DNA of 64,000 nt from an uncultured bacterium (GTDB taxonomy: Bacteria > Babelota > Babeliae > Babelales > Babelaceae), in contig CAWFXL010000001.1 in assembly GCA_963819815.1 (NCBI GenBank), positions 1,472,001 through 1,536,000 of the forward strand, written 5' to 3'. How positions within the stretch are numbered: position 1 is the first letter of the stretch; each line of letters opens with the position of its first letter. Of this stretch, positions 1 through 9,561 are shown in pieces. The notes under the pieces were generated by a model. It had not been told where the DNA came from, did no database searches, and was given only the letters and a program-made list of their open reading frames with translations. The position numbers and the translations under genes were made by a program.

Positions 1-798
1 CTCTATGAAGTGGTCTCTCCGCAGAACTGGGGTGCTCATGAGATTGATCTTCGAGATGCCTTTTGGACCACGCTTGAAAAATATTCTCTTGATATGGATG
101 AAGGTTATTCATATCGTGCTTTAGGTCATCTGTGGGGATATATTCATCAGGTTAATGCTTACTTTCATGCAGCTGAGCCTTGGAAGATTACTGATGAGGA
201 GCGATTTAAAGAGGTTATCAGTGCATCATGTCATAGCCTGTATGCGATCGGTATTTTGCTGCATCCTGTGATGCCCCATGCTATGGAAAAGCTACTTGCT
301 AGTCTTGGGATGAAGGTTACCTTTGGTGAACATAATTTTCTTGAGGAGCTTGATGACAATCCCTGGAATAAAACATTCATGTTGCACCCCTTAAAAGAGC
401 CGCTCTTTAAAAAATATGAAAGCAAACCTGCGCAGGTAGAAGAAGCTTCAGAAGGAGCGCAAGCAGCATTTCCTGAAATAGCGATTGAGGACTTTGCTGA
501 GGTTGTTTTGCTTGTAGGGACCATCGAGGAATCAGAAGAGGTACCTGGTTCTGATAAGTTGCTAAAACTGCAAGTAAACTTTGGACCATATGGGATGAGA
601 CAGGTTCTGTCGGGAATTAAAAAATACTATTCAGCAGCTGCGGTGAGGGGTGTGCAAGCGGTCTTTGTGGTTAACTTGAAGCCACGCAAGATGATGGGCC
701 TTGAATCTCAGGGGATGGTCCTCACGGTTACTGATGCCCAAGATGTCTTGAAGCTTGTTACCGTTGCGCAAGTACCTCCGGGAACACGATTGAAATAG
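1..798 (+). CDS. metG: Methionine--tRNA ligase, C-terminal part (anticodon-binding helices plus tRNA-binding OB/Trbp111-like domain); 5' end lies outside the window
   Basis: Reading frame open from base 1; 'YFHAAEPWK', 'LLHPVMP' and C-terminal 'SDKLLKLQVNFG...RQVLSGI...VVNLKPRKMMGLESQGMVL' are typical of MetRS. Confidence 0.92.
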   Translation, partial: LYEVVSPQNWGAHEIDLRDAFWTTLEKYSLDMDEGYSYRALGHLWGYIHQVNAYFHAAEPWKITDEERFKEVISASCHSLYAIGILLHPVMPHAMEKLLASLGMKVTFGEHNFLEELDDNPWNKTFMLHPLKEPLFKKYESKPAQVEEASEGAQAAFPEIAIEDFAEVVLLVGTIEESEEVPGSDKLLKLQVNFGPYGMRQVLSGIKKYYSAAAVRGVQAVFVVNLKPRKMMGLESQGMVLTVTDAQDVLKLVTVAQVPPGTRLK

Positions 799-913
799 GA
801 AAGCTCATGGTCTGGTATCACAGCTCTTCACAATCTTTACACTTAGGTGTACGGTTATCGTATATGAGGTACTATTGTCATCAGAATAAAATCCTCTACC
901 TTGTCGGAGCGGT

Positions 914-2659
914 ATGACCGTTTATTCTTTTATTCGCACATTACTCTACCATTTGCGGTATTACCTGCTCGGTCCTCTTGCATGGACCATATTTTATGCT
1001 CTCTATGGTACGACTAAACCATACTTACTCAAACAATTAATCGATACTGCAGCTCAGGGCGGGAGTATGCAAACACTTTCGACAATTGCCTGTTTCTTCA
1101 TTGCATTAATGCTTTCCTATGAAGTGTTTTACCAGCTCTATGATTTGTGCGATATGCGTTATAAGCCTCTCTTTAAAAATCTTATAGCTCATACGCTTGT
1201 TGATCATGTATTAGAACAGGATTACCGCTATTTTCAAAATCAGTTTGCGGGAAATATTGCTGCCAAGATTAGCGATGCAGTGAATTTTACTCCTGAGATT
1301 GTTAAGACGGTGATCGATTACTATATTACCAATATGGTGGCTGTGCTGATGGGCATGTTTATGCTAGCACAGGTGCATTCGTGGTTTGCTATTGCCTTAG
1401 GAGTGTGGGTATTCTTTTTTGTCATTATTTCAGCAACGACACTTTCACGATTTAGTTATCTTTCCAATAACTCAGCTGAAGCAGGAGCGCGGATTGTGGC
1501 AACGATAGTTGATATTTTAGGCAACGTGCTCAATATCAAGCTATTTGCATCAAAAGATTACGAATTAAAGCGCTTGGGCCATTTTATGCAGAACTATTAT
1601 ATTCTCTTTAAAAGACGTCGCTGGTTTCTGTTTCAGCTGTATTCTGCTCAAGCCCTGAGCTATCAGATTTACCAAGCGGTATGTCTCTTTCTTTTAATTT
1701 ATTTATATGGGGAAGGGCTGGTTACCCCCGGTGACTTTGCTCTGATCCTTACGCTTAATCTGTGGATTGTTGATTGTATGTGGGACATGTCAGATAGAAT
1801 GCGTACCCTCAGTGAAAACTGGGGTGCAGTAGATCAGGCGCTTAAACTTATTTATGTGCCGATCGAACTTAAGGATATCCCCGGTGCCCCAGCACTTGTG
1901 GTAACCCGCGGCGAAATCGTCTTTGAGAATGTTTCATTCCAATATGAAGGAGCATCTCCTCTTTTTACTAAAAAATCGGTTGTCATTAAGCCTCATGAAC
2001 GAGTGGGGCTTGTAGGATATTCAGGCAGCGGAAAATCAACCTTTGCTCGTCTTATTTTGCGTATTTATGATGTCAATTCTGGACGTATTCTGATTGATGG
2101 GCAAGATATTAGCAAAGTAACTCAAACATCCGTACGCCGTTCTGTAGGTATCTATCCGCAAGATCCGTCACTCTTTCATAGAAGTATTATGGCTAATATT
2201 CGGTACGGTAACCGAAAGGCTACCGATCAAGAAGTTATTGCAGTTGCCAAGCAGGTTCATGCTGACGAGTTTATTAAGGCTTCTGAACATGGGTACGATA
2301 CAGAGGTTGGTGAACGGGGCATGAAACTTTCGGGAGGTCAGCGGCAGCGTGTCGCTCTTGCCCGTGCGATTTTGAAGAACGCGCCTATTTTGATCATGGA
2401 CGAAGCGACATCTCAATTAGATTCAGAAACTGAGCGCATTATTCAGGAATCTCTTGATGAGATCATGCATAATAAAACAACGATTGTTATTGCGCATCGT
2501 CTGTCGACGTTACTGCATATGGACCGCATCTTAGTATTTGATAAGGGCAGTATCGTCCAAGAAGGTTCACATGAGGAGCTTATTAACCAGCCTGGATTGT
2601 ATCAAACTCTTTGGCAATCACAAATATGTGGGTTCCTTCCACAGACACGAAACTCGTGA
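914..2659 (+). CDS. ABC transporter, fused permease/ATP-binding protein (MdlB/MsbA-like exporter)
   Basis: N-terminal multi-TM region; Walker A GYSGSGKS, signature LSGGQRQR, Walker B ILIMDEAT, H-loop IAHRL. Confidence 0.93.
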   Translation: MTVYSFIRTLLYHLRYYLLGPLAWTIFYALYGTTKPYLLKQLIDTAAQGGSMQTLSTIACFFIALMLSYEVFYQLYDLCDMRYKPLFKNLIAHTLVDHVLEQDYRYFQNQFAGNIAAKISDAVNFTPEIVKTVIDYYITNMVAVLMGMFMLAQVHSWFAIALGVWVFFFVIISATTLSRFSYLSNNSAEAGARIVATIVDILGNVLNIKLFASKDYELKRLGHFMQNYYILFKRRRWFLFQLYSAQALSYQIYQAVCLFLLIYLYGEGLVTPGDFALILTLNLWIVDCMWDMSDRMRTLSENWGAVDQALKLIYVPIELKDIPGAPALVVTRGEIVFENVSFQYEGASPLFTKKSVVIKPHERVGLVGYSGSGKSTFARLILRIYDVNSGRILIDGQDISKVTQTSVRRSVGIYPQDPSLFHRSIMANIRYGNRKATDQEVIAVAKQVHADEFIKASEHGYDTEVGERGMKLSGGQRQRVALARAILKNAPILIMDEATSQLDSETERIIQESLDEIMHNKTTIVIAHRLSTLLHMDRILVFDKGSIVQEGSHEELINQPGLYQTLWQSQICGFLPQTRNS

Positions 2660-2799
2660 GAAGATCTAAAGGAAGAGTATTAAGTTTTTTTCTAATGCTC
2701 AAGAAATCCTGGATAGTTTTACTCTATGAAATCTTTCAATCATCTCTATTAGAGGGGCTATGATTCACCGTATACACAGGAAAGAGCAGCGATTTCTTT

Positions 2800-2945
2800 G
2801 CTAATCGTTCTCTGCGGCTCTATTTTTTGAAAAACAGTCCTCATGTGGTCCCCATCTTAGCTCAATGGTTGTATAATGAGTGGTATCCCTATGAAGCTTT
2901 GCTAACTCAGGAAACGCTTATCAATTTTTTCAAAAAATATTCTTG
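2800..2945 (+). pseudogene. Probable remnant of a GNAT-family acetyltransferase N-terminus
   Basis: Short in-frame stretch 'LYFLKNSPHVVPILAQWLYNEWYPY' resembles the start of GNAT proteins; no good start codon and the similarity is lost afterwards. Confidence 0.35.
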
Positions 2946-3028
2946 GTGCACAGGGACAGGTAATTGCCTTGGCTTTATGATTGCTATATGCTTACCTGCA
3001 CTGTTTAATTTACCAAAGAAGGGATCTT

Positions 3029-3445
3029 ATGAACATACAACGCCTCCTCAAAAACTTTCTGATATTGTACCCACCCTTTGTGATTCTAGATTTTGTTTGG
3101 TTTGGTTTTCTTGTGAGCCCCATCTACCAAAAACATCTGTCTCATCTCATGTTACCACCTGAGAGTTGCACTTTACTGACGTTTGTCGGCATGTTTGTAC
3201 CGCTAGCACTTATTGTGCTTGGGGCACTACTCTTTGTGGCACCTCGGGTTAGTGCTGCATCGTATGTCCAAAGTTTTATTTGGGGTGCGGTGTATGGTTT
3301 TATTACGTATGGAATCTATTCCATCTCAAACTTAATTCATTTAAATGGGTGGCCTATCCAGATAACTCTACTCGATATTTCCTGGGGAATGGCAGTATGC
3401 GGCCTTCTTGGGGTTTGTATCGCCTACCTGAGTAAGCAAAGATAA
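3029..3445 (+). CDS. DUF2177-like small membrane protein
   Basis: About four TM segments; 'LDFVWFG...IYQKHL', 'GAVYGFITYGIY', 'GWPIQITLLDISWG' pattern; ATG at 3029 preceded by AAGGGA. Confidence 0.75.
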   Translation: MNIQRLLKNFLILYPPFVILDFVWFGFLVSPIYQKHLSHLMLPPESCTLLTFVGMFVPLALIVLGALLFVAPRVSAASYVQSFIWGAVYGFITYGIYSISNLIHLNGWPIQITLLDISWGMAVCGLLGVCIAYLSKQR

Positions 3446-3474
3446 AGCTACTATACTCAACAACATCTGCAGTA

Positions 3475-3682
3475 TCTTTAGATGTCAGAAAATGACATTT
3501 AAGGGCATTGGAAATTTGGCCTTCTGATCGCACTATTGCCGTTTAGGTAAAAGGCGAGCTGTTTTATGGCTAAAGAATCGTATTATTTAGAAGAGATTTT
3601 GAAGAGATAGTGATGTTTCTTGTACTTTTTTTAAAATGAAAGGTCATGATACCCTAGGATGTCATTTTTCGACATTTAAGGG
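3475..3682. repeat. Two copies of a 13-5-13 imperfect palindrome (operator-like)
   Basis: TCTTTAGATGTCA-GAAAA-TGACATTTAAGGG at 3475-3505 and CCCTAGGATGTCA-TTTTT-CGACATTTAAGGG at 3652-3682. Confidence 0.7.
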
Positions 3683-3829
3683 ATTCGTGGAAGTTTAACT
3701 AAGATATACCATCTGGTTGTTATTGCTTGAGAGCTCATAAAAATTGCACCCCCTCTTGAAATTAAGTATGATAACAAATGATCTACCACAAGGAAGATCG
3801 GCTCTAAACCAATAAAATGTTCAAGAGAA

Positions 3830-4627
3830 ATGGAAAATTTTGGGGTTCATTTTTGGGTCACTGCAACCTCATTAGGTATGTCTTCTCAAGCTGTCTCAAT
3901 GGAGTCTTCATCTTCAACTATGATGTACAAAACATTTGCTACTTACTACGATCACTTTTATCGAACCAAAGACTATGAGAAAGAAACGTGCTTTTTGAAG
4001 CACCTTCTTTCGGAATATCATGTACATACCATACTCGACGTGGGATGCGGCACTGGCACGCATCTTTCAAAGTTGGAACAATCCGGCTATGCATGTGAAG
4101 GGATTGATTTAAATACCGAGATGGTTGAGATTGCCAAGACAAAACATAAAGGAACCATATTTCAAGCAGATATGAGAACCTTCCAGCTAAACCGGCGATA
4201 CGATGCAATTATTTCAATGTTCGCTGTCTTTAATCATAATCTGGATATGAATGATGCTCGTAGTACGTTAATTCAGATAAGGAATCACCTAAACCCAAAT
4301 GGTGTTGTGATTCTTGATCTTTACAATCCTCAATCATCTGGAAAAAAGGTAGATTCTTACGAAGGTATTACCAGAACAATGGAATGGCGCTTGAATACTG
4401 AAATTCAAGTTTGCGAATCTATTGTAAAATTCATTGAAGGCGATAAAGCTTGCGAAGAACAATTTCTCCTAAAGATTTATTCTATCCCGTTGCTGAAAAA
4501 ACTTTTTGAAGATGCCGGCTTTACGCACATTAAGCTCTACGACAACTATACCTTTAATGAGGGTTCGCCGCTTTCAAAAAATTTGATCGTGGTAGCAGAG
4601 TGCGGTCATCTAGAAGTTACTCGATAA
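3830..4627 (+). CDS. Class I SAM-dependent methyltransferase (true start may be 3920)
   Basis: 'FATYYDHFY..KDY', motif I 'ILDVGCGTG', 'GIDLN..MVEIA', 'QADMR', 'HLNPNGVVILD'. Confidence 0.88.
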   Translation: MENFGVHFWVTATSLGMSSQAVSMESSSSTMMYKTFATYYDHFYRTKDYEKETCFLKHLLSEYHVHTILDVGCGTGTHLSKLEQSGYACEGIDLNTEMVEIAKTKHKGTIFQADMRTFQLNRRYDAIISMFAVFNHNLDMNDARSTLIQIRNHLNPNGVVILDLYNPQSSGKKVDSYEGITRTMEWRLNTEIQVCESIVKFIEGDKACEEQFLLKIYSIPLLKKLFEDAGFTHIKLYDNYTFNEGSPLSKNLIVVAECGHLEVTR

Positions 4628-5018
4628 TCTCTGGATACTTTTTTTTCTGCGCTAAGCAGTAGCTTTCTCCGAAGCTTCCCTCAGGATGCTCGGCTACGGT
4701 GACGTACTTGCGCTCAACAAAACCACCACGTTGTGATCGTTTTTTCTCTTGAGAAATAAGTACTTCATCTTTATCAATCTTATACAGCGCCATAAGTGAA
4801 TCAATGACTTCGTAAAGGTCTGCAAGTTCACTCATACGCTCTTCTGAAGACTGAGCTGCAGCAACTTCTTCCGCCTCTTCAAGTAATTTAAGCCCTAATA
4901 TGTGACTATATTCTTCATCCGAAAGCTCTTTAATATGAATTACTGAGCCCATATTCTCCATTAATTGTGGAGCCTTATCTCTCCAGAGCTTATTCTGCAA
5001 GAACTTGCGCATTTTCAT
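4617..5018 (-). CDS. MazG-like / phosphoribosyl-ATP pyrophosphohydrolase-superfamily NTP pyrophosphohydrolase
   Basis: 'NKLWRDKAP', 'KLLEEAEEV', 'ELADLYEVI', 'KKRSQRGGF' pattern of this family. Confidence 0.8.
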   Translation of the reverse strand: MKMRKFLQNKLWRDKAPQLMENMGSVIHIKELSDEEYSHILGLKLLEEAEEVAAAQSSEERMSELADLYEVIDSLMALYKIDKDEVLISQEKKRSQRGGFVERKYVTVAEHPEGSFGESYCLAQKKKYPEIIE

Positions 5019-5268
5019 GATTTCCCTTCCCCTGGTTGTCTTTTGCATCCTTATAAGGCTATTGAGGATAGAACTTTTAGGGGCCTCAAGCAAGAGAAAG
5101 ACCTAAGAAATTTTTGGCTTTTTGTTCATGAAAAAAGAATGCAAACTGAGCACGAAAGATTGTGTATCCCTGTTTACGACCTGAAGGTAAGAAAAAATCA
5201 AACCTTTGGGTCATGATACTCAATCTACAAGACCGATAGTAATGGTGTGCTCTAAGAACCGATTTTGT

Positions 5269-7530
5269 TTACGACTCTGTGCTTTCAACAGCTACAGCGT
5301 AACCGCATTCCTTATTTGAGCATTTGAGTGTAACTTCACCTGTTTTAGAAACACGCTTCAGGAGGTACGGCAGATGACATTGCGGACAAGGGGTCTGTGC
5401 AATATCACCGGAGATTGAGAACTTACATGCTGGGTAAGTACTGCATCCCCAAAATGTTTTACCTTTCCAGAACTTCTGAACTACGTCACCTTTGCCACAG
5501 GAAGGACATTTAAAGTTTGCCGTTGTCTGTTTAATATATCGGCAATCAGGATATCCTGTGCAGGCGATAAAGGGCCCAAATCGACCACTCATTTGCCGTA
5601 GTGATTTGCCACATTTAGGGCACTGTTCTTCAAGTACTTGAGGAGCTGCTGCTTTTACGAGCTTAATTGAATCATCAGGTAAACGTTCAAAATTACTTGT
5701 GAACTTACATTCAGGATACTGATCACAGCCTGCGAAGGGGCCAGCTTTTCCAAAACGGATGATGAGCTTACCTTTTTTGCATTCAGGACAGGTGACATTT
5801 GTTTCTTCAATAGCTTTCTTCGCTTCACCTTTAAAGATTTCAAGATCTTTTTCAAAATCATGATAAAAATCTATGATAAGCTTATCGCGCTCCAAAGTAC
5901 CAGCCGCGACCTTATCAAGGTTCTCTTCCATAGCCGCTGTAAATCCAAGATTCATGATCTTGGGAAGATTTGCGGTTAACATTTTGGTGACGACGGTACC
6001 AAGCTCAGTAGGCATAAATCGTTTATTATCATCTTTTTCAGTATACGAGCGCTCTTGAATAGTCTTTAAAATAGTAGCATAAGTACTCGGTCTACCAATC
6101 CCTTCTTTCTCAAGCTCTTTCACCAGCGTAGCCTCTGTAAATCTAGGTGGCGGCTGCGTAAAGTGCTGCTTAGGTGAAAGCTCTTCAAGAGAAAGGGCCT
6201 CTTTTTCAGCAAGTTTTGACGGTATGGTAATCTTTTCTTCTTTCTCTTCTTCAGCGGCATAGATTTTCAGATAGCCATCGAATAGTAGGGTAGAGCCGGT
6301 TACTCTGAATGTATAGGGTCCGCCAACGACCGTTACTTGCTTTTGTGCATATTCTGCCGACTTCATTTGACTTGCTACGAAACGACGCCATATGAGATCA
6401 TACAGCTTGGCAGCGTCAGCAGGTAAGAACGCTTTTACTTTGTCTGGAGTGAGCGCCACATCGATTGGCCTAATGGCTTCGTGAGCATCTTGAGCTTGTG
6501 TTTTACCTTTTGCTTTGGAATAAGCTTTTGCCGTTGCTGGAAGATATTCTTTGCCGACATGTTTTTCAATATAGCTACGCGCCTGTTTTGTCGCGATAGG
6601 CGAGATACGCAGCGAATCGGTACGCATGTAGGTAATTAAAGCAACCGGTGTTGAAGGATCTTTTAACGGAATCCCTTCATAGAGTTTCTGTGCCACGGAC
6701 ATCGTCTTACTTACCCCAAATTTCAGGGTATTATACGATGACTGCTGCAACGTACTCGTCATAAATGGGGGTAACGGGTTTTTAAGTCGCTTCGATTCTT
6801 TTATCGATTCAACTTCATAGGACTCTTTTTTGATCTTAGCTACGAGCGTTTGAGCCTCTTTCTCCGTGCCAATTTTTGGTTTCTTGTCATTGACTAGGGC
6901 AAGTGGTGCAGAGAAGCTGCCGCTTTTCCCTTTAAAGAGGGCATCTACTGACCAGTACTCTTCCTGCACAAATGCCTTAATCTCTGCTTCGCGGTCAACA
7001 ATAAGTTTTAAAGCAACCGATTGAACGCGTCCTGCAGATAGGCCTTTAGCTATTTTCTTCCAAAGAATTGGGGATACTTGGTACCCTACAAGGCGATCAA
7101 GGACCCTACGCGCCTGCTGAGCCGATACCTTATGTAAATCGACATCAGAAGGGTTGGCAAGAGCCTCCTCAATGGCCGGTTTCGTAATCTCATTATAGAC
7201 GATTCTCTTGATAATCGCTTTTTTCTTAACTACACGTCCGATTTCCTGCTCAACATGCCAGGCAATAATCTCTCCCTCACGATCAGGGTCAGTTGCCAAA
7301 TAGATATGATCGGCTGTTTGAGCTTCTTTGCAGATATCTGCTATGGTTTTCTCTTTGCCTTCAAGGGTTACATAGTGGATATCCACTTCTTTATTTATCT
7401 CGACCCCAAGCTTTTTAGAAGGGAGGTCCTTAATATGGCCTACAGTGGACAATATTTTAAAGTCTTTCCCTAAAAGTTTCGAGATCGTCTTAATCTTAGC
7501 GGGTGATTCTACAATTAATAAATTCTTCAT
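5269..7530 (-). CDS. topA: DNA topoisomerase I with C-terminal C4 zinc ribbons
   Basis: 'LLIVESPAK', 'LATDPDREGE', 'SAGRVQS', active-site 'ITYMRTDS', 'GIGRPSTY' and repeated CPxC...C ribbons; start set at MKNLLIVES. Confidence 0.97.
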   Translation of the reverse strand: MKNLLIVESPAKIKTISKLLGKDFKILSTVGHIKDLPSKKLGVEINKEVDIHYVTLEGKEKTIADICKEAQTADHIYLATDPDREGEIIAWHVEQEIGRVVKKKAIIKRIVYNEITKPAIEEALANPSDVDLHKVSAQQARRVLDRLVGYQVSPILWKKIAKGLSAGRVQSVALKLIVDREAEIKAFVQEEYWSVDALFKGKSGSFSAPLALVNDKKPKIGTEKEAQTLVAKIKKESYEVESIKESKRLKNPLPPFMTSTLQQSSYNTLKFGVSKTMSVAQKLYEGIPLKDPSTPVALITYMRTDSLRISPIATKQARSYIEKHVGKEYLPATAKAYSKAKGKTQAQDAHEAIRPIDVALTPDKVKAFLPADAAKLYDLIWRRFVASQMKSAEYAQKQVTVVGGPYTFRVTGSTLLFDGYLKIYAAEEEKEEKITIPSKLAEKEALSLEELSPKQHFTQPPPRFTEATLVKELEKEGIGRPSTYATILKTIQERSYTEKDDNKRFMPTELGTVVTKMLTANLPKIMNLGFTAAMEENLDKVAAGTLERDKLIIDFYHDFEKDLEIFKGEAKKAIEETNVTCPECKKGKLIIRFGKAGPFAGCDQYPECKFTSNFERLPDDSIKLVKAAAPQVLEEQCPKCGKSLRQMSGRFGPFIACTGYPDCRYIKQTTANFKCPSCGKGDVVQKFWKGKTFWGCSTYPACKFSISGDIAQTPCPQCHLPYLLKRVSKTGEVTLKCSNKECGYAVAVESTES

Positions 7531-7860
7531 AAGCCCTTTTTTCTTCTCAAGATGTGTGCTTATAATAGCACATTTCCGTGTTTTTAAAAACGGTGGTATC
7601 ACCTTACCAGTGTTTAGATAATTTTTAAAGGGTTTCACAAATTTTTTGTTAGGTGATGCTGCTGGTAAGAAGGACCACCATGGTGCAAAATAGGCTCTAC
7701 GTTGTACAATGCATGGGATCTTTGCTGTCTTTGTTTTAGTACTTGGACCCACATTGCCATGTATAATAATACAGAAGTATTTATATTTGTCAAATTGTAT
7801 TAAGGTGGGGCAGGTATCTTTGATTACGATTGATTAAAGCAAAATAGAGGGAGGCTCTAC

Positions 7861-7988
7861 TTATTGGTTATTTTTCTGGTATAATCTAGTGCCCTTTTTA
7901 ACCAATAATTGGAAAATGTCGATTATTGGTTAAAGTTTTAGTGCGAATTTCTTAACCAATAAAAGCAAAAATGCGATTATTGGATAAA
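7861..7988. repeat. Operator-like array: a half-site plus two palindromes 54 bp apart
   Basis: TTATTGGTTA at 7861; TTTAACCAATAAT-N12-ATTATTGGTTAAA at 7897-7934; CTTAACCAATAAA-N12-ATTATTGGATAAA at 7951-7988. Confidence 0.75.
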
Positions 7989-8080
7989 TTGCGATACTTG
8001 AGATCGATTTATTCTCGGCAGCTTGAGCTGCTTAGACTCCACTGGGAGGCGTTTTGCGCTTAATCGTGGTGCGCAATGGG

Positions 8081-8704
8081 CTACTTTTCTAACAGTTGGC
8101 TAAAATAGGTGATTTCTTTAAGAGGATCTTCAGCATTGACCACGGCACTGCCTATAATTACCCCAGCTGGATTAAGGCCAAGGACCTCACTCACATTTTC
8201 ATGAGAAATTGGGGAGGCCATAAATATGGGGAGCTTGGTATTGCCTTGGATCATATGCCAGTTGTCTGTGAAGGGTGCACGCGAGTCTTCAACGCTTGGC
8301 TTATAAACTGAGAGGGCTTCTGCGCCAAGTCGGTCAGCCTCTAAAGCTGTTTGGCCGATAGAGCGTGAATCGGCGAGATCAAGAATAATCTTTGTATTCT
8401 TTTCTCGAGCTATCGTGGTAGCTGTATGAATGGTTTCTGCTCCTGCACCTGCAAGGACCGAGATCCAGTTAGCACCAGCTTTTGAAAAGAGTGCTACCGA
8501 TTCTGCGGGCCGTTCAAGGATTTGGGATTTTACCATAAGAAGCTTTTCGGGGAACATCGCTCGAAATTTTTTGACCGATTCTTCGCCATACTTATAAATC
8601 AGTAACTGGCCTATGACAAACATCGTCGCATGGGGTTCAATAATAGCAGCTACGGTGAGTGCTTTTTCAAGATCCAGTATATTAAAAGAAATAAGTAGTT
8701 TCAT
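8081..8704 (-). CDS. OMP decarboxylase/HUMPS (hexulose-6-P synthase)-family TIM-barrel protein, apparently catalytically degenerate
   Basis: Length and pattern match HPS ('LDLEKAL', 'LIYKYG..SVKKFR..FPEK', 'AGANWISVL', 'IIGSAVVNAEDP') but the catalytic D/E/DxKxxD positions are substituted. Confidence 0.75.
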   Translation of the reverse strand: MKLLISFNILDLEKALTVAAIIEPHATMFVIGQLLIYKYGEESVKKFRAMFPEKLLMVKSQILERPAESVALFSKAGANWISVLAGAGAETIHTATTIAREKNTKIILDLADSRSIGQTALEADRLGAEALSVYKPSVEDSRAPFTDNWHMIQGNTKLPIFMASPISHENVSEVLGLNPAGVIIGSAVVNAEDPLKEITYFSQLLEK

Positions 8705-8731
8705 AGGCCTCTTAAGTTGTTGTCTTATTCT

Positions 8732-9496
8732 TTAACTGATCTTCTTCTGATATTGGTCTGGTAAAAAAGTATAGTTAAAGGTTACCGGAGCAAAATAGTG
8801 CCGGATTTTTAGAAAGCGAAGAGCATTCAGTGCAGAGTTATATCCTTCAGTTACATATAAGTCTGGTAACACAAAATTTTCATTATCGGTTGTAAGCGTT
8901 GATCCTAAAGGAACAATAATATTCCTCGGGTCAGCATATATGATGATCGTATCATAGGGAATGGTTGCATTTCTTGTTAGAGGGACTGAAGTGACATGCC
9001 ATTCATAGAGTTCCGTTTCAGGGTCTTGTAAGCGATTAAAAGAATACTGTTCAGCAGGACTTTTAGGATCGACCATAAATCCAAGAAGCGTCTTAGGCTT
9101 AAGAGGGTCAACCGGTATCGGTTTAAGGGTATCGGTTATGAGAACCATAAGTTTTGGTTCTGGGGATTTGCGTTCAAAGAGAACCTGGCCATCGGCATTT
9201 GAATGGGTAATTGTTCCTGCATAGGAAGCGTACAATCCAGCATGGAGGAATGGTAGATTGAGCACTTTACTCAGAACTGGTTGCAGTATTTCATCATGGT
9301 GGCTCGTTCGACGCTTACGCTCTTCAAGAGCTTTGGTAATTGCCTCAGTTGGTGAAGTAGGAAGCGGTCGCACAAAAAAAGTTATTATGTGAGGAGATAC
9401 CTGACTCTGTACAGTACCGAATAACTGGCTGAAGAGGCAGATCATTATCAGCTGTGTTCTCAGCTTCATATTTTTAATCCTGTGGTATACACTCAT
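8732..9496 (-). CDS. Hypothetical protein with probable N-terminal signal peptide
   Basis: 254-aa ORF, co-oriented with its neighbour; hydrophobic N-terminus; no recognised family. Confidence 0.7.
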   Translation of the reverse strand: MSVYHRIKNMKLRTQLIMICLFSQLFGTVQSQVSPHIITFFVRPLPTSPTEAITKALEERKRRTSHHDEILQPVLSKVLNLPFLHAGLYASYAGTITHSNADGQVLFERKSPEPKLMVLITDTLKPIPVDPLKPKTLLGFMVDPKSPAEQYSFNRLQDPETELYEWHVTSVPLTRNATIPYDTIIIYADPRNIIVPLGSTLTTDNENFVLPDLYVTEGYNSALNALRFLKIRHYFAPVTFNYTFLPDQYQKKIS

Positions 9497-9561
9497 GAGT
9501 GTTATAAGTAGCTTCGTGCTCCTAGACTACCAGAAAACATTACTAAAAGTCTATACTACCT

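Noticed and set aside
3475..3682. Palindromes as dif/pdif, attC or IS terminal repeats
   Set aside because: They do not match XerC/XerD arms or attC RYYYAAC/GTTRRRY boxes, and there is no integrase, transposase or target-site duplication in the window.
7531..7752. N-terminal extension of topA in the ORF track
   Set aside because: TopA homology begins at MKNLLIVES (7530), which has a purine-rich RBS; the extension is an incidental open frame.
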